Source: an uncultured bacterium
GTDB lineage: Bacteria; Verrucomicrobiota; Kiritimatiellia; RFP12; UBA1067
DNA: 64,000 nt
Assembly: GCA_902776615.1 (NCBI GenBank)
Contig: CACYQU010000004.1
Span: 1,139-65,138, forward strand
Reading direction: 5' to 3'
Position numbers and translations under genes: made by a program. Within the stretch, counting starts at the first letter, position 1, and the number at the start of each line of letters is the position of its first letter. Positions 18,226 to 27,627 of this stretch are shown here, in pieces. A model generated the notes under the pieces. That model had not been told where the DNA came from. It was given only the letters and a program-made list of their open reading frames with translations, and did not search any database.

Positions 18226-19449
18226 TTACATCGCCTTCGCCAATGCTGCGCCGAACTCCGAGCATTTCACTTCGGTCGCGCCATCCATCTGGCGGGCGAA
18301 GTCGTAGGTGACGGTCTTGGCGGCGATCACCTTGTCCATCGCGGCAATGATGAGGTCGGCGGCTTCGGTCCAGCCCATGTACCTCAACATCATCTCGCCG
18401 GAAAGGATGAGCGAACCGGGGTTGACCTTGTCCAGCCCGGCGTACTTGGGCGCGGTTCCATGCGTCGCCTCGAATACGGCCACGCCTGTCTGGTAGTTTA
18501 TGTTGGCGCCGGGCGCTATTCCGATTCCGCCGACTGTCGCGGCCAGCGCGTCCGAGACGTAGTCGCCGTTCAGATTCAGCGTAGCTATTACATCGTACTC
18601 GGCAGGACGGGTAAGTATCTGCTGCAGGAACGCATCGCATATGCAGTCCTTCACCGTGATCGTGCGGCCGGTCTTGGGGTTCTTGAATTCGCACCACGGT
18701 CCATCGCCGATCAGGCTCGCCCCGTATTCGCGGCGTGCAAGCGCATAGCCCCAGTCCCTGAATGCGCCCTCGGTGAACTTCTGTATGTTTCCCTTGTGCA
18801 CAAGAGTCACCGACTTGCGGTCGTTGTCGATCGCGTAGTCAAGCGCCGCGCGCACAAGGCGCTCGGTACCCTCAAGGCTGACAGGCTTGATCCCGATCGA
18901 AGCCGTCTTGGGGAATCGTATCTTGCGCACGCCCATTTCGTCCAGAAGGAACTTCTTCACCTTCTCGACTTCGGCGGTTCCGTTCATCCATTCGATTCCG
19001 GCGTAGATGTCTTCCGTATTCTCGCGAAAGATCACCATGTCGGTGAGTTCGGGGCGCTTCACGGGAGAGGGCACCCCCTTGAACCACCGCACTGGACGCA
19101 GACACACGTACAGATCAAGCTCCTGGCGCATGGCTACGTTTATGGATCTTATTCCTCCCCCTACGGGCGTGGTGAGGGGGCCTTTGATGGATACGAGGCA
19201 ATCTCTGCAAGCGTCTAGCGTCGCTTGCGGCAGCCACTCGCCCGTCGCCTTGAAAGCCTTTTCTCCGGCAAGCACTTCCCGCCACTCTATCTTCCGCTTG
19301 CCGCCGTATGCCTTATCTACCGCGGCATTCCAGACCAGCATCGCCGCACGGGTGATGTCAGGTCCAGTGCCGTCGCCCTCGATGAAAGGTATTACCGGAT
19401 TCGCGGGAACGCACAGCCTCCCGCCCTGCAAAGTGATTTTGTCGCTCAT
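18226..19449 (-). CDS. icd: NADP-dependent isocitrate dehydrogenase (prokaryotic homodimeric type).
   Basis: The N-terminus [37 protein letters not shown] matches Icd, and the IDH/IMDH fold runs throughout. At 407 aa. Confidence 0.97.
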   Translation of the reverse strand: MSDKITLQGGRLCVPANPVIPFIEGDGTGPDITRAAMLVWNAAVDKAYGGKRKIEWREVLAGEKAFKATGEWLPQATLDACRDCLVSIKGPLTTPVGGGIRSINVAMRQELDLYVCLRPVRWFKGVPSPVKRPELTDMVIFRENTEDIYAGIEWMNGTAEVEKVKKFLLDEMGVRKIRFPKTASIGIKPVSLEGTERLVRAALDYAIDNDRKSVTLVHKGNIQKFTEGAFRDWGYALARREYGASLIGDGPWCEFKNPKTGRTITVKDCICDAFLQQILTRPAEYDVIATLNLNGDYVSDALAATVGGIGIAPGANINYQTGVAVFEATHGTAPKYAGLDKVNPGSLILSGEMMLRYMGWTEAADLIIAAMDKVIAAKTVTYDFARQMDGATEVKCSEFGAALAKAM

Positions 19450-19455
19450 GTTTGG

Positions 19456-19468
19456 TAATTATACCAAA
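19456..19468 (-). promoter_or_regulatory. Extended -10 TGGTATAAT ending 8 nt before the icd ATG, implying a leaderless mRNA.
   Basis: The minus strand reads TTTTTGGTATAATtaccaaacATG, with no Shine-Dalgarno. Confidence 0.5.
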
Positions 19469-19524
19469 AATGAGCGTGGCGCACACCGTGAATTTCCGCT
19501 CCACGCGGCGCTTGCCGCAAAAAC

Positions 19525-21552
19525 TCAGGGCAATGGTGAAGTGGGCGACTCCATACGCCGCATCTCATAGGGTGCAAGCGAGAGCGAACGTGTTGCGCCA
19601 GTAGTGTGGTCGCAATATTCAACGGTCTGCGCACGACCGGTAAGATTCGCGGCCAGCAGTACGATCGCGCCATTCGATGTGCGCCACCAGTTGCCGACGA
19701 CATCCGTCATTTCGGCGAACTTGCTCGGCGGCAGCTTGAATGTCTTGTCGAAAAGGCGAAAGTGCGGACGGCGTCCAAGCCATTCATAGACCGTCGTGCC
19801 GACAGGTCCGGCAAAACGCAGTTCATCCAGCAGATTCCCGTATGCAAGAGCATCGAGGTTCGCTTGGCGAAATGCACACAGCTCGCGCAGTATCTCGCAC
19901 TTCGCAGGCCTGTCCAGGATGTCGGGCAGGAACCATCCAAGCGAATTGCCCCACAGCAATTCGCGCGTCTGGAGGGCCCGGAATGCATCGGGCTCGTCAT
20001 CGTTGTTCTCCGGACTGCAGAAGTAGGTTGTGTAGCCCGAATAGACGGCGTTGTGGAACGGAACATCCTCAGGCGTACGCTCCACTACTTGCAAATAGCC
20101 GTCAACCATACCTATATACGCTTCGCCCGAACCCTCTGTGGTCACGAACGCACCCTTCTCGTTCCAGGCGCGGCGGATGGGCGCGAGCGCCGCAGAGTAT
20201 CCATCGTACCACCACGAGCCGCCGCCGACTGGATGCCCGTGGGCCGGGTCGTAGCATGCGCAACCTTCCGCCGCCCCAACCTGATCAATGAAAACCGATT
20301 GCGCGCCAAGTTCGTCAAGCATGCGCGAAGTGAAGCCAAGCAGCACCTTGTGCCATTCGGGACGGCTTGGACACATCACGGCAAGCTCCGGCGTCCACGG
20401 GGCATACTTCTCTATGTGGCGCGTACCGTTCGCACGCATCACGGAATATGGCTCGGCCAAAAGGAATCCGCTTGTGGTCGCAGTCCAGAGGCGCCCGTTT
20501 GTGTAGAACATTGGCTCCTGCCCGATGGATTTGCAGAATGCGACGCATTCCTTGGTGCCGGGCTGCTCGGGGAAATACTCCGGATAGTTCACATCGTGCC
20601 CGGAATGTTGCCAAAGATGCCAATGGAGGCCTGTCGTCCAGTCCGGGAAGATCGCCTTGGCCCGCGCGAGCGTGTTCGACACGACATCCGGGTGACCGTG
20701 GATGTTTATCCAAAGGGGAATCTCGCAAATGCGATGCGGATAGCCGGGAATATCCTTTATCGGGCCTTTCGCGGTCCATTTCTGCTTCAGTGCGAAGTCG
20801 CGGTAGCGTCTGGCGGCGGCCCACCAGTCACCCTTGAGAGGCGAAAGAACCACACTGTAGCGAGGCCCCTCGGCGCCAAGCTCGACAGGCGTTTCGAAGC
20901 GAATGTTCTGTTCGCCCTCCACATACATGCGCTTGATTCGCGCGTCAGGGTCTTCGGCGGCGATGTAAAGGCCATCGTCGCCAATGAAGAACGCCGCCAC
21001 CATCGGTGCGTAACCCAAATAGTCGAAACGTCTGCGCTTCTTGGACGAGTGCTTCTTGTAAAGTCGCGCCCCATGGTCTCTCCACGGCAGCATGGCGTCG
21101 CCCTCGCCGTCGCGCGTAACACGGGCAAGGCGCGGAAAGTCCGTCGAAAACAGTCTCCAGTCCGACGAGCGGCAGTCGAATGAAATCCGCCACGACTGCG
21201 AACCGTCCGATCGCCGCTCGATATCGACGCGGGCGTCAAGAACGCCGTGCACGCCGTCCAGCGGAATGTCACGCCACAGCAGGGTTTCGCCGCCATCGCG
21301 TTCGACGCGCTCGAACGATGCGGCGTCGTGCGCCGCGACAGCCGCACGCACGCAGATGTTCGTAGACGCCGCAAACTCGGCAGACCAGACATCTCCTCCG
21401 CCCGTAGCGAATTCGGCCGAGCCTACGCATATCGAACGGAGTTCCCCGCCGCCGTCCAGCCGAACATCCATCTGCGCCAAGGCGGACGCCCCGGCCGAGA
21501 CACACAGAGCGGCACATGCGGCACAGTACCAAATCCTGCGAAGCCAGTCCAT
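19525..21552 (-). CDS. Secreted hypothetical protein of about 675 aa, possibly glycoside-hydrolase-like. The start is at MDWLRR..., which carries the signal peptide.
   Basis: Signal peptide MDWLRRIWYCAACAALCVSAGASALA. It is a large, well-conserved-looking ORF with high GC3. No diagnostic catalytic motif was recognised. Confidence 0.7.
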   Translation of the reverse strand: MDWLRRIWYCAACAALCVSAGASALAQMDVRLDGGGELRSICVGSAEFATGGGDVWSAEFAASTNICVRAAVAAHDAASFERVERDGGETLLWRDIPLDGVHGVLDARVDIERRSDGSQSWRISFDCRSSDWRLFSTDFPRLARVTRDGEGDAMLPWRDHGARLYKKHSSKKRRRFDYLGYAPMVAAFFIGDDGLYIAAEDPDARIKRMYVEGEQNIRFETPVELGAEGPRYSVVLSPLKGDWWAAARRYRDFALKQKWTAKGPIKDIPGYPHRICEIPLWINIHGHPDVVSNTLARAKAIFPDWTTGLHWHLWQHSGHDVNYPEYFPEQPGTKECVAFCKSIGQEPMFYTNGRLWTATTSGFLLAEPYSVMRANGTRHIEKYAPWTPELAVMCPSRPEWHKVLLGFTSRMLDELGAQSVFIDQVGAAEGCACYDPAHGHPVGGGSWWYDGYSAALAPIRRAWNEKGAFVTTEGSGEAYIGMVDGYLQVVERTPEDVPFHNAVYSGYTTYFCSPENNDDEPDAFRALQTRELLWGNSLGWFLPDILDRPAKCEILRELCAFRQANLDALAYGNLLDELRFAGPVGTTVYEWLGRRPHFRLFDKTFKLPPSKFAEMTDVVGNWWRTSNGAIVLLAANLTGRAQTVEYCDHTTGATRSLSLAPYEMRRMESPTSPLP

Positions 21553-21553
21553 G

Positions 21554-22816
21554 TCAATCGACGAACGGGGAGAAGTCGAGAGTCGCAAAATAGTCGTCAA
21601 GAGTTTCGGCGCGGCGTATCTCGCGCACAGATCCATCAGACTCGAGAAGCAGTTCGGCGGAGCGCAGTTTGCCGTTGTACTGAAAACCCATCGCATGGCC
21701 GTGCGCACCCGCGTCGCATATGACTACGAGGTCGCCGGGCGCAAGAACAGGCAGCATACGCTGAATCGCGAACTTGTCGTTGTTCTCGCACAGGGATCCT
21801 GTTACGTCATACACGCTCGTCTCGCCCGAATCTTCTTTGCCCGGCACGACTATTTCGTGATATGCTCCGTAAAGCGCGGGACGCATCAGATTCGACATGC
21901 ACGCATCAAGCCCGGCATACAGGCGGTATGTGTTCTTTATGTGCAAAACGCGCGAAACAAGATACCCGTACGGACCTGTTATGCACCGGCCGCACTCCAT
22001 GAACAACTTCAGCGGATTAAGCCCGGCGGCGGCTATCGTATCATTGTAGGCCTTTTCGATTCCTTCACCCACCTTGAAGATGTCCATCGCCTGCTGGTCG
22101 GGACGGTAGGGAATGCCGATTCCTCCTCCTATGTTCACGAACTCGAAAGCAATGCCCAGCTCCGACGAAACAGCCACAACAAGATCGAACAGCATCTTCG
22201 CCGTGTCGATGATATACTCCGGGTCGAGTTCGTTCGAAGCCACCATCGCATGCAGGCCGAAGCGAGTGACGCCCGCCGCCTTCATCTTGGCGTAGCACTC
22301 GAAAAGCTGAGCGCGCGTCATACCGTACTTTGCCTCCTCGGGCTTGCCGATTATCGCATTTCCGCCCTTAAGCGGCCCGGGATTGTACCTGCAGCAGAAC
22401 ACGCGCCCGTCAAACCCTTCCGGATGCACGGCATCCACGAAAGCCTCCCAGTGCGTCGTGTCGTCGAAGTTTATTATGGCTCCAAGCTCCCAGGCGCGGC
22501 GGAACTCGTCCGCCGGCGTGTCGTTGGACGTGAACATTATGGCTTCGCCGGTGTTGCCGACCTTCGCGGCAAGTTCGAGTTCGGCCATTGACGAGCAGTC
22601 GCTTCCGAAATTGAAATCCTTCAAGAGTTTCATCAGATGCGGATTGGGGGCCGCTTTCACTGCAAAGTACTCGCGGAAGCCCTTGTTCCACGCAAACGCC
22701 TTGTTCAGTCTTTTGGCGTTTTCGCGTATCGCCTTGGCGTCGTAGATATGGAACGGCGTCGGCCACTTTGACGCGATTTCTTCAAGCTTCGCTTTGTCGA
22801 ACGGAAGTTTTCTCAT
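21554..22816 (-). CDS. lysA: Fold-type III PLP-dependent decarboxylase, most like diaminopimelate decarboxylase.
   Basis: The PLP-Lys region is EYFAVKAAPNPHLMKLL. The C-terminal block CDAGAHGHAMGFQYNGKLRSAELL resembles the LysA GAYG..M.S.YN motif. At 420 aa. Carboxynorspermidine decarboxylase is not excluded. Confidence 0.7.
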   Translation of the reverse strand: MRKLPFDKAKLEEIASKWPTPFHIYDAKAIRENAKRLNKAFAWNKGFREYFAVKAAPNPHLMKLLKDFNFGSDCSSMAELELAAKVGNTGEAIMFTSNDTPADEFRRAWELGAIINFDDTTHWEAFVDAVHPEGFDGRVFCCRYNPGPLKGGNAIIGKPEEAKYGMTRAQLFECYAKMKAAGVTRFGLHAMVASNELDPEYIIDTAKMLFDLVVAVSSELGIAFEFVNIGGGIGIPYRPDQQAMDIFKVGEGIEKAYNDTIAAAGLNPLKLFMECGRCITGPYGYLVSRVLHIKNTYRLYAGLDACMSNLMRPALYGAYHEIVVPGKEDSGETSVYDVTGSLCENNDKFAIQRMLPVLAPGDLVVICDAGAHGHAMGFQYNGKLRSAELLLESDGSVREIRRAETLDDYFATLDFSPFVD

Positions 22817-22873
22817 CGTTTTTCCTTTACATGCCCAAATGGGGAAATCGCCACATCGCTGCGTCTGGCACGG

Positions 22874-23245
22874 TCATACCGCGTATGGACCGAGGAATGC
22901 CTCCTTGAAATTGTAGCCCCCGGCGAAACTCTCGGCTGAATCGCCTTCGTCCCTGCCTATGCGATGCGACTCTGCAAGGTTGAACATCATTTCACCGACG
23001 TCTTCCGTTGATTTGACGCCCCACTCCGCAAGAACCCGGTAAGACAGCGGCCCGAACTGGTCAAGCGTCAGTTCGCGGAATTCGTCGAGAATGTCTTCAC
23101 CCGTCATGTGCTTGTCGCCGTTTTCTCCGCCGAGAAAGCGTATCACATCCATCAGAAGCGCATAGGCGCGCGGATTGTAGCGGTTGTCTTTTGCGATTAT
23201 GTCCGCAAATGAATCGGCATCAAAATCAATCTCTTCCATCGCCAC
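22874..23245 (-). CDS. Small acidic hypothetical protein of 123 aa.
   Basis: It reads MAMEEIDFDADSFADIIAKDNRYNPRAYALLMDVIRFLGG... with coding-like composition. No known motif was recognised. Confidence 0.6.
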   Translation of the reverse strand: MAMEEIDFDADSFADIIAKDNRYNPRAYALLMDVIRFLGGENGDKHMTGEDILDEFRELTLDQFGPLSYRVLAEWGVKSTEDVGEMMFNLAESHRIGRDEGDSAESFAGGYNFKEAFLGPYAV

Positions 23246-23255
23246 AGCCCTTTCT

Positions 23256-24452
23256 TCAGTCGATCGCCCTCAGCACCACGCCCTTCAGGTATGCGCCCTC
23301 CGGGAAGCCGAGCGCGACCGGATGGTCTGCGCCCTGGCGCGTTCTGGCGATCATCTGGAAATCGCGCCCGGCGTCGGCCGCGGCCTCGGCCAGCACCTTG
23401 TCGAACAGCTCCGGATTCATCGCGCCCGAGCACGAAAAGGTCGCAAGAACTCCGTTGGGCTTCAACAGCTTCATCGCCAGAAGGTTGATATCCTTGTATC
23501 CTCGCGCGGCCTTCATGATCTGCGAACGGGTTTCGGCGAACTTCGGAGGATCCAGCACTACCATATCGAAGCTGCGGTTCTCGTCGCGGCATCTGCGGAG
23601 ATACTTGAAAACATCCTCCTCGACATACTCCATCGTCGTGCCGCAGAGGTGCACCAGGGCCTCGTTCTTCTTCGCCAGTTCAAGCGCGTCGCGCGAGACG
23701 TCAACCTGCGTGACCGACATTGCGCCGCACTGGCGGGCGAATATTCCAAAGCCGCCGGTGTAGGCGAAGCAGTTCAGAACTTCCGCGCCATTCGCAAGAG
23801 AACCTACTGCAAGACGTGCATCTCGCTGGTCGAGATAGAACCCTGTCTTGTGGCCCTTGCGCACATCGACAAGAAACTTGCACGGACCTTCCGATATCTC
23901 AATTAGTCCGGGCGGCTCCGCGCCCTCCATAACCGAAAAGCCGCCGACGGGAAGACCTTCCTTCGCCCGCACGTCCGCGTCGGCGCGCTCCGCCACGCCC
24001 TGGCAGAACGGCGCGAACTTCATCAACGCCATGGCGATCGTCTTTTTCCAGAACTCGGCTCCGGCGGATGTGAACTGGCAGACGACCCATCCGGCATAGT
24101 AGTCCGCCACGACTCCGGGCAGTCCGTCGCTCTCGGCGTTGACGAGACGCATCGCGTTCGTGTAGGCGTTTGCAAAAAAGTCCGCGCGCCGCCCGACTGC
24201 CGCCGCCACGCGTGATTCGATCAGCGCCGCGTCGGGAATGTTGCCGGCATGGAACGAAAGCATCCTCACGCGTATCTGGGACGCGGGCGAAAAACTGCCG
24301 AAGCCGAGCGAGTCGCCGCCGTGTGAAACGACTTCAACGGTATCTCCGGCGGAAATCCCTTCCGGCGCGGACTCGACCGCGCCGGAAAACACCCACGGAT
24401 GACGCCTCAGCAGCGACCGCTCCCTGCCTTGCCTCAAAACGACTTTTTCCAT
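23256..24452 (-). CDS. rlmI: PUA-domain class I SAM-dependent 23S rRNA m5C methyltransferase (RlmI-like). The start is taken at the internal MEKVVLRQG.
   Basis: The N-terminal PUA-like domain precedes motif I CFAYTGGFGIFA and motif IV VVLDPPKFA. Confidence 0.8.
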   Translation of the reverse strand: MEKVVLRQGRERSLLRRHPWVFSGAVESAPEGISAGDTVEVVSHGGDSLGFGSFSPASQIRVRMLSFHAGNIPDAALIESRVAAAVGRRADFFANAYTNAMRLVNAESDGLPGVVADYYAGWVVCQFTSAGAEFWKKTIAMALMKFAPFCQGVAERADADVRAKEGLPVGGFSVMEGAEPPGLIEISEGPCKFLVDVRKGHKTGFYLDQRDARLAVGSLANGAEVLNCFAYTGGFGIFARQCGAMSVTQVDVSRDALELAKKNEALVHLCGTTMEYVEEDVFKYLRRCRDENRSFDMVVLDPPKFAETRSQIMKAARGYKDINLLAMKLLKPNGVLATFSCSGAMNPELFDKVLAEAAADAGRDFQMIARTRQGADHPVALGFPEGAYLKGVVLRAID

Positions 24453-24475
24453 ATCGGAAGCACTGTCGGTACGGA

Positions 24476-26239
24476 TTACCGCACTCGTTTGATCGCGCCG
24501 AACTTGCACACTTGCTGGCACTGCTTGCAGCCTGCGCACTGATTGGGGTCGATCACCATCTGGAAAGCGTCTGGACGAACCTCTTTGCCGCGCGTCATCG
24601 CCGGACATCCCATCTTGAAGCACGCGCCGCACGCCTTGCACTTGTCGGCGTCGACTTCGCAAAGTCCTTCCTTGGTAAGCTTCGCCGCAATGCGGCATGG
24701 CGCGTAGGCGATTACAAGTGCGCCATCATCGCCATCCATGGCGTCCTTGAGAACCTTCTCAAGCTCGCCAAGGTCGTCGGCCGACACTTTGACAACCTTC
24801 TTGTAGCCCATCGCCTTCGCGATGTCGCCTATCTCCGTAACTGGCGCGGGATCGCCCGCGAGAGTTCTGCCTGTTCCCGGATTGTCCTGATGGCCTGTCA
24901 TGGCCGTTATGCGGTTGTCGAGCACGACCGTGGTCACGGGCGTTCCGTTGTAAAGCGCCGAAAGAATGCCTGTCATGCCGCTGTGGAAGAAAGTCGAATC
25001 GCCAAGCACCGCGCAGATGCGCCCCTTCAGCCCCGCCTTCTTCATTCCGGCCGCATTGCCGATCGACGCACCCATGCAGATTGTCGTATCCATCGCATTG
25101 AGCGGAGGAAACGCCCCTAGCGTGTAGCAGCCGATGTCGCCTGTTACTGTCGCACCGAGCTTGTTCAGCACATAGAAAACCCCGCGGTGTCCGCAACCGG
25201 CGCAAAGCACCGGCGGACGCGTCGGAAGAGATGCGTCAGTCGCGGCGCTCTTCGCTTCGGGAACGTCGCCGACCAGCTCGTGGCGCAGATTCTGCAGGCG
25301 GTCGGCGTTGAGTTCAAGCATGTTGAGCTCTGTTTTGTGTTCCACCACCTTAAGACCCATCGCCTTCACCTGCTCCTCGAGGAACGGATCCAGCTCTTCA
25401 ACGACGACGAGTTTTTCGACACGCTTGGCGAAATCGGCAACGAGAGCCTTCGGAAGAGGGTTCGTCCAGCCGAGCTTGAGAATCGAATACTCGGGGAATA
25501 TCTCTTTGACGTACTGATACGCGACTGCGCTGGTGATGAAGCCGAGATCGGCGCGCCCCTTCTCGATGCGGTTGAGCGGCGAGATGACGCTGGCGGCCTC
25601 CATGTCGGCTGTGCGCTGCTGCGCGGCGAGACGGTGGCCGCGCGCGAACATCGGAACGGGAAGACGCTGGCGGATGTTCTTCTCGTAAGGGATCGGCTCG
25701 CGCCGCTTGGGATTGAAATCTCCAAGATCGACGAGAGAACTGGAGTGGCTTGTACGGGTCGTAAGGCGGATGAACGCGGGCACATGGAACTCCTCCGACA
25801 CCTCGAACGCGGCGATTGTCATGTCATACGCCTCTTGGCTGTCGGACGGCTCGAAAAGCGGCGCTCGCGCGAATTTGGCGATGTTTCTGTTGTCCTGCTC
25901 GTTCTGCGAAGAATGCATGCCGGGATCATCGGCGGAAACGATCACCATTCCGCCGGTTGCGCCTACGTAGGTGAACGTCATCAAGGGATCCATCGCCACG
26001 TTTAGCCCCACATGCTTCATTGCAGTTAGCGCACGGCCCCCGGCCATTGATGTGCCGATGGCGGTCTCCATCGCTACTTTCTCGTTGACCGCCCACTCGC
26101 ACTTCACAAAATCCTTGAACTTTGCGATATTCTCCAGAATCTCCGTCGAGGGTGTGCCGGGATACGCCGAAGCCACGGCACAACCAGCCTGCGCCGCCGC
26201 ATGCGCGACTGCTTCATTCGCACTTAGAAACTTCTTCAT
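24476..26239 (-). CDS. iorA: Indolepyruvate:ferredoxin oxidoreductase alpha subunit (TPP-dependent, with a C-terminal 2x[4Fe-4S] domain).
   Basis: The N-terminus MKKFLSANEAVAHAAAQAGCAVASAYPGTPSTEI matches IorA, and the TPP-binding motif is GDIGCYTLG. The C-terminal ferredoxin clusters are CEVDADKCKACGACFKMGCP and NQCAGCKQCQQVC. Confidence 0.85.
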   Translation of the reverse strand: MKKFLSANEAVAHAAAQAGCAVASAYPGTPSTEILENIAKFKDFVKCEWAVNEKVAMETAIGTSMAGGRALTAMKHVGLNVAMDPLMTFTYVGATGGMVIVSADDPGMHSSQNEQDNRNIAKFARAPLFEPSDSQEAYDMTIAAFEVSEEFHVPAFIRLTTRTSHSSSLVDLGDFNPKRREPIPYEKNIRQRLPVPMFARGHRLAAQQRTADMEAASVISPLNRIEKGRADLGFITSAVAYQYVKEIFPEYSILKLGWTNPLPKALVADFAKRVEKLVVVEELDPFLEEQVKAMGLKVVEHKTELNMLELNADRLQNLRHELVGDVPEAKSAATDASLPTRPPVLCAGCGHRGVFYVLNKLGATVTGDIGCYTLGAFPPLNAMDTTICMGASIGNAAGMKKAGLKGRICAVLGDSTFFHSGMTGILSALYNGTPVTTVVLDNRITAMTGHQDNPGTGRTLAGDPAPVTEIGDIAKAMGYKKVVKVSADDLGELEKVLKDAMDGDDGALVIAYAPCRIAAKLTKEGLCEVDADKCKACGACFKMGCPAMTRGKEVRPDAFQMVIDPNQCAGCKQCQQVCKFGAIKRVR

Positions 26240-26278
26240 CGTTTTGCTGTCTTTCGTTTTGCTTGCTTGCAGAAGTGG

Positions 26279-26291
26279 GTATTATACCATA
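26279..26291 (-). promoter_or_regulatory. Extended -10 TGGTATAAT, about 45 nt upstream of iorA.
   Basis: The minus strand reads GAATATGGTATAATACCCAC. Confidence 0.4.
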
Positions 26292-26346
26292 TTCGGACAT
26301 TGCACATGCATAATTGAACCGCAGAAGTGCAAAGCCTTCGCCATAC

Positions 26347-27627
26347 CTACTTTTTAGGTTCTGGCGCAGTCCCCTTGTTCTTGCCTCTGGACGGGAACTT
26401 TGGCATGAACGGATTGTTGGTTTCGTCCTGCTGAACAGTCATGGACGTATGGTATCCCACAACCGCCTGACGCCCTTCCAGCGAATCCACTCCGTCTGCC
26501 ACAATCTGCGTGAACGAATCGTCGCTCACGCCTTCGCTCACGACCATCGGGCTTATCTTGCCGTCCTCGCCGACGAGCCACAGTTTGCGGCCGCGCGGAA
26601 TGTCGCCGAGCCCCGCGATATCCTCTTCGTGCGGACGGAACCTGAACGCAGCGGCAGCAACGACAAGCACGTCTTCCGCGCGCGCCGTTTCTATCGAGAG
26701 CGTCGCCGTCATCCCGGGGAAAAGCATCTCGTCGGGGTTCTCCGCCTCGATTATCACAGGGAACGTGACGACATTGTTGGTCGTCGTAGCCGCGCGGCGA
26801 ATCTGAATCACCCTGCCCGAGAACTTTCTGCGGTAGGCGTCAGCCGTGAAAGTGACCGTCTGCCCGACCTTTATGTTTCCGACATCGGCTTCGGGAACTG
26901 TCGCCTCGACCCAGACCGTCTTCAAATCCTCGGCGATGGTGAGAACCGGAACCGCGTTCATCGACGACACGACGGTTTCGCCCTCCTCCACTTTGCGGTC
27001 GATGACTATTCCGTCGACCGGCGATACTATTGTGCAGTAACGCAGATTGGCCTCGGCCTGCGAGACGTCGGCCTCGCACTGCTCGACGGATGCCTTGGAA
27101 CTCTTTAGGGACGCACACGCCGAATCGAGGCTTGCGCGCGCTTTGGCGAGGGCCTCTTCTGCAGTGTCGAGATCGGCCACTGGCGCAAGCTTCTTCTCCA
27201 CAAGCTGCTTCTTGCGCATGTACGTCTTCTCCGCCAGGGCGAGCTCCGCCTCGCGCGAACGCACAGCCGCCTCGCCGACTTCGACGTTCGCCCGGCTCAC
27301 ATGGAGCCGCGCCACGGCGCTTTTGTAGTTCGCCTCGTACACGAGCGGGTCGATCAGCGCCACGACCTGTCCGTTGGTGACAACCGAATTGTAGTCGGCA
27401 AACAGCTTTATCAGACGCCCGTTGACCTGGGCGCCGACAGGTATTCCAGACGGAGAGTTGCGCGGCGTGATCGTTCCTGTCGCCTCCACCGTGCGGACGA
27501 CATCAGTGCGCGTTATCGGCGCAAGACGGTAGGACGGCCCCTTCTTTTTTGCGGCAAGAGGCGCGTTTTCACCGCAACCCGAAAGAAAGATCAGCGCGGC
27601 GACCGCCGCATATCTCGCAATGTGCAT
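26347..27627 (-). CDS. HlyD/RND-adaptor-family membrane fusion (periplasmic adaptor) lipoprotein.
   Basis: Lipobox AALIFLSGC, followed by coiled-coil, beta-barrel and lipoyl-like regions. It is translationally coupled (TAATG) to the upstream TolC-like gene. Confidence 0.85.
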   Translation of the reverse strand: MHIARYAAVAALIFLSGCGENAPLAAKKKGPSYRLAPITRTDVVRTVEATGTITPRNSPSGIPVGAQVNGRLIKLFADYNSVVTNGQVVALIDPLVYEANYKSAVARLHVSRANVEVGEAAVRSREAELALAEKTYMRKKQLVEKKLAPVADLDTAEEALAKARASLDSACASLKSSKASVEQCEADVSQAEANLRYCTIVSPVDGIVIDRKVEEGETVVSSMNAVPVLTIAEDLKTVWVEATVPEADVGNIKVGQTVTFTADAYRRKFSGRVIQIRRAATTTNNVVTFPVIIEAENPDEMLFPGMTATLSIETARAEDVLVVAAAAFRFRPHEEDIAGLGDIPRGRKLWLVGEDGKISPMVVSEGVSDDSFTQIVADGVDSLEGRQAVVGYHTSMTVQQDETNNPFMPKFPSRGKNKGTAPEPKK

